Of a DNA stretch of 64,000 bases, positions 42,916 through 53,740 are shown piece by piece. Each line of letters opens with the position of its first letter. Positions within the stretch are counted from its first letter, which is position 1. The translations under genes were made by a program, and so were the position numbers. Source of the DNA: Alphaproteobacteria bacterium (lineage in GTDB: Bacteria > Pseudomonadota > Alphaproteobacteria > Bin95); assembly GCA_964291285.2 (NCBI GenBank), contig OZ219786.1:928001-992000 (forward strand), read 5' to 3'. The notes under the pieces were generated by a model. The model was not told where the DNA came from, searched no databases, and saw only the letters and a program-made list of their open reading frames with translations.

Positions 42916-43809
42916 ATGGTCCACGATGTCCTGAGTGACGGTTTCCTGGAGGTCGTCGACCCGGACGCGGCGCCGGAAAAGATCGGCGGCGGCTTCGATT
43001 TCACCGAGGGGCCGGTCTGGCATCCGCGCGACAGGACCGTGGTCTTCTCCGACATGCCGGGCAACCACATGCGCGTGTGGACCGAGGCCGGCGGCGTCGC
43101 CACCTTCCGCAAGCCCAGCAACATGGCGAACGGCAATGCCTACGACCTCGAAGGCCGGCTCGTCACCTGCGAGCACGCCACCAGCCGGGTGACGCGCACG
43201 GGCCATGACGGCGGCATCGAGGTGCTCGCCAGCCACTATGACGGCAAGGAGCTCAACAGCCCGAACGACATCATCGTGGCTTCCGACGGCGCGATAATCT
43301 TCACCGATCCGGGCTTCGGCCGCATGGCCTATTACGGCGTCGAGCGCGAGTCCCAACTGGATTTCCGCGGCGTCTACCGGCTGGAAGCGGGCGGCGGAGG
43401 ACCGCGCCTGCTGGCCTCGGATTTCGACCAGCCGAACGGCCTCTGCCTCTCGCTCGACGAAAAGCGGCTCTGGATCAACGACACCATGCGCGGCCACATC
43501 CGCGTTTTCGATGTCGGTGCCGGCGGCGCGCTTTTCTCCGGCCGCATCTGGGCGGAGGTTGCAGGCGAGGGGCCGGGCCTGCCCGACGGCATGAAGATCG
43601 ACGCGGAGGAGCGGATCTATTGCACCGGCCCCGGCCCCGGTATCCATGTATTCGACCGCGACGCGCAACCGCTGGGCGTCATCCGCATCCCGGAAGGCTG
43701 CGCCAATTTCTGCTTCGGCGGCGAAGATATGCGCACCCTCTTCGCCACCGCCTCCACCTCCCTCTACCGCATCCCCCTGCGCGCGGCGGGGCCGGCATTG
43801 CGGTTCTGA
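42916..43809 (+). CDS. SMP-30/gluconolactonase family protein
   Basis: FTEGPVW, LNSPND, PNGL, PDGMKID. Confidence 0.92.
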   Translation: MVHDVLSDGFLEVVDPDAAPEKIGGGFDFTEGPVWHPRDRTVVFSDMPGNHMRVWTEAGGVATFRKPSNMANGNAYDLEGRLVTCEHATSRVTRTGHDGGIEVLASHYDGKELNSPNDIIVASDGAIIFTDPGFGRMAYYGVERESQLDFRGVYRLEAGGGGPRLLASDFDQPNGLCLSLDEKRLWINDTMRGHIRVFDVGAGGALFSGRIWAEVAGEGPGLPDGMKIDAEERIYCTGPGPGIHVFDRDAQPLGVIRIPEGCANFCFGGEDMRTLFATASTSLYRIPLRAAGPALRF

Positions 43810-43895
43810 AGCAGACCGTTGCGAGACGGCTCGCTGCAGGAGAGGTTGTGAACTGTCAATATATGTTCGCCAAACGAACTTCTGAAGGTTACGTC

Positions 43896-44084
43896 ATGGC
43901 GGCCGGAAAATCCGACCCGGTGATTGCCGAACTCCGGGCCGTCAAGGACCCCTGCGCGGCGGAATTCGACTTCGATATCGACGCGATTTGCGACCATCTG
44001 GTTTCTGCAGAGAAAACTTCCGGACAGACTTAGGTCCCTTATCTTCCGCGCCGTGTCCTGGTGGAAGCGCCGCACGGCGAGTGA
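43896..44084 (+). pseudogene. Small antitoxin-like protein with a probable premature TAG at 44031
   Basis: MAAGKSDPVIAELRAVKD...FDFDIDAI...SGQT[TAG]VPYLPRR resembles the small DP(I/V)xxE(L/V)R...SGRxYV proteins often found beside PIN toxins (recalled, not searched). Confidence 0.4.
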
Positions 44085-44251
44085 TCGTGTCCGGGACGGC
44101 CCCGGTGAAGTCGAACAAAGCGTGGCCTTGACCGGCATTTGGCGGGGTTTCCCGATCGGTATTTGGCGCGGCCGGTGACCGGGGCCGGGGCGGGAGGCAG
44201 TCCCCCTCCAAAGTCGCAAAGAATGAAAAAAATCTAATGATTTTGACTTTT

Positions 44252-44293
44252 GTTCGTGTTTTGATCTTGACATCTGGCGGATTGTGATATGAT
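44252..44293 (+). promoter_or_regulatory. Promoter-like motif of element copy A with a degenerate LexA box
   Basis: GTTC-N7-GATC (44252-44266) abutting TTGACA (44267) and TG-A-TATGAT (44285-44293). Confidence 0.5.
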
Positions 44294-44525
44294 GGTCCCC
44301 GGGGAAGCGGATCCGGAGCCGCGTCCCCGGGTGCCGCGCGGCCGAGCGGCGCTATTTCTGAAAACCCGTGAGAAGCCGACGGGAGACGTGCGCCCTCTGC
44401 CTCGCGCGCGCAATCAGGCGCGCGAACCGCGCCGGCGCCGACACGCGCCCGGGCAGGCGCGGGCGCCCGCGCAGGATACGCGCGGAAAAGGGACCCGCTC
44501 CCGGTCGGAGCAAGGAGGAACGATG
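44281..44525 (+). repeat. Conserved structured leader, copy A (candidate ncRNA or cis element)
   Basis: Collinear conserved blocks shared with 56481-56746(-), including 38 identical nt at 44407-44444. Confidence 0.85.
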
Positions 44526-44540
44526 ACCGCAAAGCGCAAC

Positions 44541-44646
44541 CGTCACCCCGGCCGGAGCGGAGCGGAGAGCCGGGGTCCATCCTCCGCCCTCTCTACCGGG
44601 CTGCAACGGTCAGGGATGGGCCCCGGCTCCGGGGCCGGGGCGACGG
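44541..44646 (+). repeat. REP/BIME-like palindromic element, family 1 copy 2
   Basis: CGTCACCCCGG...CCGGGGTCCAT...GATGGGCCCCGG...CCGGGGCGACGG. Confidence 0.72.
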
Positions 44647-44731
44647 TGAACGCAAGACACAGAAGGAGACCGAAGAGTGGATGACTTCATGCCGGAAACG
44701 GCTACAGCATATAAACCCTGCGCATGGAAAA

Positions 44732-44801
44732 CATGACACTTCATGACATGTTGCGCAGTGTCCTGCGGGGCCCGCATGACAAAACATGACATCTCATGAC
44801 A
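44732..44801 (+). repeat. CATGACA direct-repeat array (2+3 copies, 10-bp period)
   Basis: CATGACA at 44732, 44742, 44775, 44785, 44795. Confidence 0.9.
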
Positions 44802-44849
44802 TCGGCCGGGGAGGCGCGGCGCGTCCGCATTGCGGTCCTGCCGCTTTGT

Positions 44850-45881
44850 TCAGCGGTCGTCGGGCCAGGTGTCGGCGAGGCGGTAGCCGCGCGGCCAGGG
44901 GTCGTCGGGATCGACCATGATCTGGCGCGTGCCGGTGATCCAGGCGCGGCCGGCGAGCGAGGGCAGGATGGCCGGGCGGCCGCCCACCGTGGTCTCGCCC
45001 TCGATCAGGCAGTCGAAACGGGAATCGATCAGCGAGACGCCCACAAAGCTGTCACCCGCGCGGAGAACGCCCCTGGCGTGCAGCGTGGCGAGCCGGGCGG
45101 AGCAGCCGGTGCCGCAGGGCGAGCGGTCGATCTTGCCGGGGCGGATGGCGACCGCATTGCGGCCGTGAGGGATGCCGCCGCGGGTTTCGAGCGGGGCGGC
45201 GAACTGGCAGAAGGAGAGGTGCGCCCAGTCCGCCTGCTCGGGATGGCGGAAGCCGATCTGTTCGTTTGCGGCGCTGACGATGCGCATGCCGGTGACGGCG
45301 AGGTCGCGCGCCTCGTCGGGCCGGAGCACGAAGCCGAGCGCGGCCGCGTCCACGATGGCGTAGCTGTCGCCGCCATAGGCGGTATCGACCCGGAGCGTGC
45401 CGAAGCCCTCGACTTCGAGCGGCGCGTCGAGCCGGTCGGCGAAGGACGGGACATTGCGGATGCGCACCCGCTCGGCCTTGCCGTCCCGGCAGGCGGCGAC
45501 CGCCTCGACCAGCCCGCCCGGCGCCTCCAGCAGGAAGCGGGTCTCCGGTTCCTCCATCGCCACGATGCCGGTTTCCAGAGCCACGGTCGCGACGCACATC
45601 GCGTTGGAGCCGGACATGGGCGGCGTGTCCTCCGGTTCCATGACGATGAAGCCCATCGCCGCGGCCGGGTCCTTTGCCGGCACGAGCAGGTTCACATGGC
45701 GGAAAACGCCGCCGCGCGGCTCGTTCAGCACCACGTCGCGCAGCCAGCCGTCCCGCTCGATGAAGTTCCTCTGCTCCCAGAGCGTCGCCCCCGGCGGCGG
45801 CGCCACCCCGCCCACGATCACGTCCCCCACCTCGCCCTCGGCATGGCAGCCGACGACATGGATCAGCTGCGTCGTCCGCAT
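44850..45881 (-). CDS. Proline racemase family protein (Ser/Cys catalytic pair)
   Basis: [31 protein letters not shown]. Confidence 0.9.
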   Translation of the reverse strand: MRTTQLIHVVGCHAEGEVGDVIVGGVAPPPGATLWEQRNFIERDGWLRDVVLNEPRGGVFRHVNLLVPAKDPAAAMGFIVMEPEDTPPMSGSNAMCVATVALETGIVAMEEPETRFLLEAPGGLVEAVAACRDGKAERVRIRNVPSFADRLDAPLEVEGFGTLRVDTAYGGDSYAIVDAAALGFVLRPDEARDLAVTGMRIVSAANEQIGFRHPEQADWAHLSFCQFAAPLETRGGIPHGRNAVAIRPGKIDRSPCGTGCSARLATLHARGVLRAGDSFVGVSLIDSRFDCLIEGETTVGGRPAILPSLAGRAWITGTRQIMVDPDDPWPRGYRLADTWPDDR

Positions 45882-45905
45882 GGTTCAGCGCGAGGCCCGG
45901 CCGGC

Positions 45906-47075
45906 CTATCCACCCGTTCCCGCGAACAGCGCCGGGTCGGGCGATTCGAGCAGGCGCTTCAGCCGCGAGAGGAAGCGCCCGGCGGGGGCGCCGTCGAGGG
46001 CTCGGTGGTCGAAGGTGACGACGAAGGTGGCGATGTCGCGGATCGCGACCTCATTGCCGGCCACGGCAGGCATGCGCCGCATCCGGCCGACGCCGAGAAT
46101 GGCGCATTGCGGCGGGTTGAGCACCGGCGTGAACCAGTCCACGCCGAGCGCGGCGAGGTTGGTGACCGTGAAGGTGGCGCCCTCGAAGTCCGCCGGGGCG
46201 AGCTTGCGGGACTTTGCCCTTGCCGCGAGGTCCGCCGCGGCGTGCGCGATGCCGCCGAGGTCCAGCCTGCCGGCGTCGCGCAGCACCGGCACCACGAGCC
46301 CGTCCTCGACATCCACGGCCATGCCGAGATTGATCTCCCGGTAGCGGTGGATCGCCCCGTCGACGAGGGCCGCGTTGAGCGCCGGGTTCGCCTCCAGCGC
46401 GGCGGCGGCGGCCTTCAGCACGATGTCGTTGAGCGCCGGCACGATGCCGTAGGCCGCGCGCCATTCGCTGCGGTTGGCGTTGCGGAAGGCCCGCATGGCG
46501 GTCATGTCAATATCGAGGCCTTCGGTCACCTGCGGCGCGCCGGTCCAGTGCGCGCTGAGGCGCTCGGCCGTGACCCGGCGGATGCCTTCGAGCGGCACCA
46601 CGTCATGCGCGGGCTCGCCCGAGGGCTTCTCTTCCAGCGGCGGGGCGTCACCCGAGTCGACGGCGCGCTGCACGTCCTCCTTGGTGACGCGCCCGCCGGG
46701 TCCGGTGCCCTCCAGCCGGTCGGCGTCCACGCCGTGCCGTTCCGCGAGGCGCCGCGCGACGGGCGTGACGCGCTGTTCGTCCGACACGGCCGCCGGCGCC
46801 GCCGCCGTCTCGTCCGTCCTGTCCGGCAGGTCCTCGCCCGCGTCGCCGATCCAGGCGAGCGTGGCGCCCACCGGGTATTCCCGGTCCGCCTCCGCGTCGA
46901 TGCGCAGCAGCACGCCGCCGGCCGGCGCCTCGACATCGACCGTCGCCTTGTCGGTCTCGACGGAGTAGAGCGGCGCGCCCTGTTCGACCGGAGCGCCTTC
47001 GGCCGCATACCATTCCACGATCCTGCCGCGCTCCATGGTGTGGCCGAGCGCGGCGAGCCTGAGGCGGACCGCCAT
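45906..47075 (-). CDS. 2-oxoacid dehydrogenase E2 (dihydrolipoamide acyltransferase)
   Basis: Lipoyl ETDKA, E3-binding GTGPGGRVTKEDV, catalytic DHRALDG. Confidence 0.92.
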   Translation of the reverse strand: MAVRLRLAALGHTMERGRIVEWYAAEGAPVEQGAPLYSVETDKATVDVEAPAGGVLLRIDAEADREYPVGATLAWIGDAGEDLPDRTDETAAAPAAVSDEQRVTPVARRLAERHGVDADRLEGTGPGGRVTKEDVQRAVDSGDAPPLEEKPSGEPAHDVVPLEGIRRVTAERLSAHWTGAPQVTEGLDIDMTAMRAFRNANRSEWRAAYGIVPALNDIVLKAAAAALEANPALNAALVDGAIHRYREINLGMAVDVEDGLVVPVLRDAGRLDLGGIAHAAADLAARAKSRKLAPADFEGATFTVTNLAALGVDWFTPVLNPPQCAILGVGRMRRMPAVAGNEVAIRDIATFVVTFDHRALDGAPAGRFLSRLKRLLESPDPALFAGTGG

Positions 47076-48046
47076 CAGGCCATGACCTTCCGCACGGCTG
47101 CCGAGACGTCCCCGACATCGGGAACCGTGACGTTGACCAGTTCCTCGGCGAAGGGCATGGGCACATGCGGGCTGCCGACCCGCACGATGGGTGCGCGCAG
47201 GTCGTGAAAGCACTGCTCGGCGAGCGCGGCCGCGATCTCCGCGCCGGTGCCGGCGAAGGAGGAATCCATCTCGCAAACCACGGCGCGCCCGGTGCGGCGC
47301 ACGGATTCGCAGATCGTCTCCATGTCGAGCGGGGCCAGCGTCCTCGGGTCCACGACCTCGATGTCGTAGCCCTCGTCCTCCAGCGCGATGCCCGCCTCCA
47401 GCGCGCGGGGCACCATGCCGCCGATGGCGACCACGGTCGCGTCCTCGCCTTCCCGCTTGATGTCCGCCTTGCCGAAGGGGATGACATAGTCCTCCTCCGG
47501 CACCCCGCCCTCGCTGACATAGAGCGCCTTGTATTCGAAGAACGCCACGGGGTCGGGGCTGCGGATCGCGGTCTTCATCAGCCCCTTGGCGTCATAGGGC
47601 GTGCTCGGCGCCGCCACCTGGAGGCCCGGCACGTGCATGAACCAGGATTCCATGATCTGCGAATGCTGGGCCGCGACCAGCCGGGCGGGCCCGCAGGGCA
47701 GGCGGATGACGATGGGCACGCTCGCCTGCCCGCCGGTCATGTAGCGCATCTTGGCGGCCTGGTTGACGACCTCGTCCATCGCGCAGGTGATGAAATCGAC
47801 ATACATGATCTCGACCACCGGGCGCATGCCGGCGAGCGCGGCGCCGACCCCGAGGCCGACAATGCCCGCCTCCGCAATCGGCGTCTCGAAGATCCGGTCC
47901 GGCCACTTGTCCACGATGCCCTGGGTGACGGTATAGGGGCCGCCATGAGCGATCACGTCCTCGCCGATGACGAACACGCTCTCGTCGCGGGCCATTTCCT
48001 CGTGCAGCGCTTCCCGGAGCGCGTCGCGGAGCGCGATGGTCCTCAT
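47075..48046 (-). CDS. 2-oxoacid/acetoin dehydrogenase E1 beta subunit
   Basis: GEDV, ETPIAEAG, NQAAKMRYM, QHSQ, DPRTLAPLD. Confidence 0.93.
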   Translation of the reverse strand: MRTIALRDALREALHEEMARDESVFVIGEDVIAHGGPYTVTQGIVDKWPDRIFETPIAEAGIVGLGVGAALAGMRPVVEIMYVDFITCAMDEVVNQAAKMRYMTGGQASVPIVIRLPCGPARLVAAQHSQIMESWFMHVPGLQVAAPSTPYDAKGLMKTAIRSPDPVAFFEYKALYVSEGGVPEEDYVIPFGKADIKREGEDATVVAIGGMVPRALEAGIALEDEGYDIEVVDPRTLAPLDMETICESVRRTGRAVVCEMDSSFAGTGAEIAAALAEQCFHDLRAPIVRVGSPHVPMPFAEELVNVTVPDVGDVSAAVRKVMA

Positions 48047-49026
48047 GCCGAAACCCTCCATTCCGTATCCAGCACGTCGGTCAGCACGTCCTCCGGGTCC
48101 GGCAGCGGGCTCTCCTCGGCATAGGCCACGGACTTCGCGACCTCCGCCGTCACTTCCGCCTGGATCGCCTCGTCCTCATCGTCGCCCAGCCACTGGCGCT
48201 CCTTCATCCACGCGCTGAACAGCTTGATCGGGTCGCGGTTCTCGCGCCAGTCATCGACTTCCTCGCGCGAGCGGTATTCCTCCATGTCGCCGAGGCTGTG
48301 CCCGTAGAAGCGGTAGGTCCGCGCCTCGATCAGCGTCGGGCCCTCGCCGCGCCGGGCGCGCTCCACCGCCTCCCCGGCGGCGTCATAGACCGCCTCAAGG
48401 TCCTGCCCGTCCACCGAGACGCCGGGGATGGCGTAGGAGGCCGCCATGTCGGCCACCGAGTCCACCACGGCGACATTCCTGCGCGGCACCCATTGCTGGT
48501 AGCCGTTGTTTTCGCAGACATAGACGACCGGCAGCTTCCAGAGCGAGCCGAACAGGAGGCCCTCATGGAAGGGGCCGCGCGCTGCCGCCCCGTCGCCGAA
48601 GAAGACAACCGACACCTGGTCGCTCCTGCGGATCCTGCTCGCAAGCGCCGTGCCGGTGCCGGGGCCGATGCCGCCGGCGACGATGCCGTTCGCGCCCAGT
48701 ATGTTGCGGGAGAAGTCGGCGATATGCATGGAGCCGCCCTTGGCGCGGCAACTGCCGGTCGCGCGCCCGAACAGCTCCGCCATCATGCGGTCCATCGGCG
48801 CGCCCTTGGCGAGGCAGTGCCCGTGGCTGCGGTGGGTTCCCAGCACATAGTCGTCGTCGCGCAGATGCGCGCACACCGCGACCGCAATGGCTTCCTCGCC
48901 GCAATAGGTGTGGAGCGTGCCCTTGACGGAGCCGAGGCTGGTCTGGCGCAGCGCTTCTTCCTCGAAGAGGCGGATTCGCCACATGTCCGTGTAGATCCTG
49001 CGGCTGAGCTCGGCATTGAGAGTCAT
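48043..49026 (-). CDS. 2-oxoacid/acetoin dehydrogenase E1 alpha subunit (TPP-dependent)
   Basis: THRSHGH, KGGSMH, FFGDGA...ENN, TYRFYGHS. Confidence 0.93.
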   Translation of the reverse strand: MTLNAELSRRIYTDMWRIRLFEEEALRQTSLGSVKGTLHTYCGEEAIAVAVCAHLRDDDYVLGTHRSHGHCLAKGAPMDRMMAELFGRATGSCRAKGGSMHIADFSRNILGANGIVAGGIGPGTGTALASRIRRSDQVSVVFFGDGAAARGPFHEGLLFGSLWKLPVVYVCENNGYQQWVPRRNVAVVDSVADMAASYAIPGVSVDGQDLEAVYDAAGEAVERARRGEGPTLIEARTYRFYGHSLGDMEEYRSREEVDDWRENRDPIKLFSAWMKERQWLGDDEDEAIQAEVTAEVAKSVAYAEESPLPDPEDVLTDVLDTEWRVSA

Positions 49027-49201
49027 GGCGCCTCCGGTTCGCTGTTCGGGCCTGTCGCCGCCTATATTCACGGAGACGCGCCCGGATGTCATCAGGAGTT
49101 GCGGCGGGTCGCAGACAGGCCCGGCTGCCGAAACGCAACCGGTTCAACCGGACGGGCCGCGGCCCGATGCCCGACGCCGGTTCCCGGAACCCCGGAAGGC
49201 G

Positions 49202-50287
49202 CTACTCCGCCGCCTCCGCCCCGAACGCCGGCGAGAAGTGGGGGGCGACTTCGCGGGCGAAGCGGGCCATGACTTCCCGTTGCAGGTCCTTGGGCATGCC
49301 GGGCGTGGCGGCGGAAACGAGCGCGTAGTCAAAGCCGAGCGCCGCATAGCCCCTGAGGCGCTCCACGGCGGTTTCGGGCGAGCCGACAAGGTTCATCTCG
49401 CAATAAGGGCCGAGCTCGTCCGGGTCCGCCATCTTGCGCAGATTGGCGAACATGCGGGAGAACTGCTGGTATTCTTCGATATTCTCCCAGGGGTTCGCGT
49501 CCGCTTCGTAATGGTCCGCCTGGATGGTGAAATAGGGCGGGAAATAGCGCCGGGCGAGCTTCAGGGCCTCGTCGTCGCTGTCGGCGATCAGCATCTTGAT
49601 CGAGATGGCCTTGGTCCGATCCGCCCTGGCGGGCGCGCTCTCGTTCCAGGTCCCGAGAATCCTCTCCAGAAGACGGGCCGGGAAGGTGGAGAGGCAGAGC
49701 GGCGGCAGCTCCAGCCCCGCCATCACGCCGGCGCTCTGCGGGCTGCCGATGGCGCCGTAGAACTTCACCGGCTTGCCCACCGGCTCCGGGCGCAGGCGGA
49801 CCGGGCGCGGCACCTTGTAGTAGGCCCCGTCATGGATGAATTCCTGCCCCGAGAGGCCCTTGCGGATGATGTCCAGCGATTCCGCGAACCGGCCCCGCGC
49901 TTCCGGCATGGACACCCCGTAAGCGTCGTATTCCGACTTCGCCGTGCCGCGCCCGAGGCCCAGATGCAGCGTGCCGCGCGTCAGCGAGTTCAGCATCGCG
50001 ATCTCTTCGGCAATCCGCACCGGATGGTACCAGGGCAGCACGAGCACCGAGGTGCCGAGCCCGATATCCGGGCAGAGCGCCGCCACATGCGCCATGAACA
50101 GCAGCGGGCTCGGCGTCGGGTAGTAGTCCGAGAAATGGTGCTCCAGCATCCAGACCGATTCGTAGCCCAGCGTTTCGGCGAGCTTCACGTCCTCGATCAC
50201 CTCGTCGTAGAGCACCTTGTCGGACTTGCGGACATCGGTGGAGGGCGCGGTCTGCACACCGAAGGTCATGGCTCGGACCGTCGTCAT
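49202..50287 (-). CDS. Luciferase-like (LLM) flavin-dependent monooxygenase
   Basis: WMLEHHF, PSPLL, LPWYHPVRIAEE, LGLGRG. Confidence 0.9.
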   Translation of the reverse strand: MTTVRAMTFGVQTAPSTDVRKSDKVLYDEVIEDVKLAETLGYESVWMLEHHFSDYYPTPSPLLFMAHVAALCPDIGLGTSVLVLPWYHPVRIAEEIAMLNSLTRGTLHLGLGRGTAKSEYDAYGVSMPEARGRFAESLDIIRKGLSGQEFIHDGAYYKVPRPVRLRPEPVGKPVKFYGAIGSPQSAGVMAGLELPPLCLSTFPARLLERILGTWNESAPARADRTKAISIKMLIADSDDEALKLARRYFPPYFTIQADHYEADANPWENIEEYQQFSRMFANLRKMADPDELGPYCEMNLVGSPETAVERLRGYAALGFDYALVSAATPGMPKDLQREVMARFAREVAPHFSPAFGAEAAE

Positions 50288-50417
50288 GGGCGCGGCTTCC
50301 TTTGCTTGCGGGCCTGGAGAGCGGAGGCTACCCGCCAAGCGTCACGGTCGGCAAGCGCAAGCGGCGCTGCCGAACCGACAGCGCCGCCCGGACTGCGTCA
50401 GGGGCGCGAATTCTCCG

Positions 50418-52080
<1,663 letters not shown>

Positions 52081-52126
52081 TGCCGTTTCCGAACTCCTGC
52101 AGAGGACGACCGTTCCTCCAGAAAGA

Positions 52127-52142
52127 CGCAAATTGCGTGCCG
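52127..52142 (-). promoter_or_regulatory. Sigma54 (-24/-12) promoter for amtB-glnK
   Basis: Minus strand CGGCACGCAATTTGCG = GG-N10-GC, matching TGGCACG-N4-TTGC, 46 bp upstream of amtB. Confidence 0.8.
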
Positions 52143-52170
52143 TAAGGCGGCAATGTGCCGGGAGAACCGT

Positions 52171-52575
52171 CTATCCTCCCTTGCGCGGCCGCTCGGCGAC
52201 CGGCCCGCCGGCGTCCTTCCAGGCCGTGAAGCCGCCTTCGATATGGGCGACGGGCTCCAGGCCCATATCCTGCAGCGTTTCCGTCGCCAGGGCCGAGCGC
52301 CAGCCGCTGGCGCAGTAGAAGACGAACTTCTTGCCGCTCGCGAACACATCGCGGTGATAGGGGCTCGCCGGATCGACCCAGAATTCCAGCATGCCGCGCG
52401 GCGCATGCAGCGCGCCCGGGATCATGCCGTCGCGGTCGAGCTCGCGCACGTCGCGGATATCGACGATCTGCACGGACTCGCTGTCCTGGAGCGCCAGAGC
52501 CTCGGCGGCAGGGATTTCCTCGATCTTTGCGCGCGCGGCGGCGAGGAGTTGGTCGATGCCCTTGGTGATGGCCAT
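52171..52575 (-). CDS. Rhodanese-like domain protein
   Basis: VDIRDVRE, RGMLEFWVDP, YCASGWRS, GGFTAW. Confidence 0.9.
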   Translation of the reverse strand: MAITKGIDQLLAAARAKIEEIPAAEALALQDSESVQIVDIRDVRELDRDGMIPGALHAPRGMLEFWVDPASPYHRDVFASGKKFVFYCASGWRSALATETLQDMGLEPVAHIEGGFTAWKDAGGPVAERPRKGG

Positions 52576-52604
52576 GGGATACGGTCGCTTTCCTGGTTTG
52601 CGGG

Positions 52605-53663
52605 TCAGACGATGCCGACGGGGTTGGCGGGGGAGCCGACCGCGCCCGGCAGGCGCAGCGGCTGGCAGGTGGTGAAAAAGCGTGTCCGGCCGAGCTCGCG
52701 CAGGCGGCGGGCGAGATCGCCCAGATACCAGAGTTCGCCGAGCGGCACGCCGAGCTTGAACAGGCAGTGCTGGTGCAGCGGCGAGTGGGCGTAGCGCTCT
52801 CCCGGCGCCGGCCGGGCAGGCGATTGCTCGACGGCGTAGTTGTCGGCGAAGAGCGCCGCGACACCCGAATCCGTGATCCATTGCAGCAGCCGGTCGTCGC
52901 GCCCGTCGAGCGCCGCGCAGCTGTTTGCCAGGCGCGGGCCGTCCGGCTCCCTCTCCATCTCCAGCAGCAGGTCCGCGAAACCGGTATAGAAGAAGGCGAG
53001 GTCGCCTTCCTTGACGGCGGCCCCGGTTTCCTCCAGCACGCGCATCAGGTCTTCATAGGTGACGAGGTGGCGCCCCTCGCGCCCGAAGAAGCGTTCCAGG
53101 TCGATCATCACGCCCCGGCCCACCACGCCCTTCTCCGCGAAGGTCTCGATGCCGAGCCTGCGCGCGCCCATCGCTTCCGGGCGCGGGGTCTGCGAGCCGT
53201 CAGCGTGGTAGTCCACCGGCCCGATGATGTCCTCGCCGCCCCTGAAGCCGTTGTAGAAGCGGATTTCCGGGATGCCGTCGCCGTCCGCATCGAACATCTG
53301 CCCCATATGGCAGAAGGCGTCCCACTGCGAGGAATATTGCAGCGTCATCTGCACCCGGTCGTCGCAGCCGACATCGATATGGCGCGGGTCTTCGAGCTGG
53401 AGCGGAAAGTTGTAGCGCGGCGCGCCGTCGGGCCCCCGGGTCGGCTCCAGCACCGGCGGATGGCGGCGCGGATTGAGGACGTTGCGGCCCGGATAGTCCA
53501 GCGGCAGGGACAGGCAATAGACTTCGCCCAGGCGGATTTCCTCGCGCGCTGCCAGCACCCGCTCCGGCGTCAGCAGGTTCAACCGGCCGAGCTGGTCATC
53601 CGGCCCCCAGTCGCCCCAGGTGGACCCCTCCGGACGCCGTTTCCAGCGCGCATTTTCCCTCAT
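52605..53663 (-). CDS. Cyclase family metal-dependent hydrolase
   Basis: WGPDDQLGRLN, SQWDAFCH, GRGVMID, LGELW, GSPANP. Confidence 0.88.
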   Translation of the reverse strand: MRENARWKRRPEGSTWGDWGPDDQLGRLNLLTPERVLAAREEIRLGEVYCLSLPLDYPGRNVLNPRRHPPVLEPTRGPDGAPRYNFPLQLEDPRHIDVGCDDRVQMTLQYSSQWDAFCHMGQMFDADGDGIPEIRFYNGFRGGEDIIGPVDYHADGSQTPRPEAMGARRLGIETFAEKGVVGRGVMIDLERFFGREGRHLVTYEDLMRVLEETGAAVKEGDLAFFYTGFADLLLEMEREPDGPRLANSCAALDGRDDRLLQWITDSGVAALFADNYAVEQSPARPAPGERYAHSPLHQHCLFKLGVPLGELWYLGDLARRLRELGRTRFFTTCQPLRLPGAVGSPANPVGIV

Positions 53664-53740
53664 GCGTCCCTTTCTCCCGCTTGCCGCCGGCGCAGTTGCG
53701 GCTACGGTAACGGAACCCGAATGCATAAGGAAACGCCGAA

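Noticed and set aside
43865-43879. LexA box
   Set aside because: GTTC-N7-GAAC is inverted rather than the direct repeat used by alphaproteobacterial LexA
44289-44684. Leader-spanning ORFs (also 55933-56760) as conserved proteins
   Set aside because: The shared peptide stretch changes frame between the two copies, so conservation is at nucleotide level
44732-44801. CATGACA arrays as a CRISPR array or Pho boxes
   Set aside because: 7-nt units with 3-nt spacers are far too short for CRISPR and no cas genes are present; Pho boxes have an 11-bp period and lie in promoters, whereas these have a 10-bp period at 3' ends
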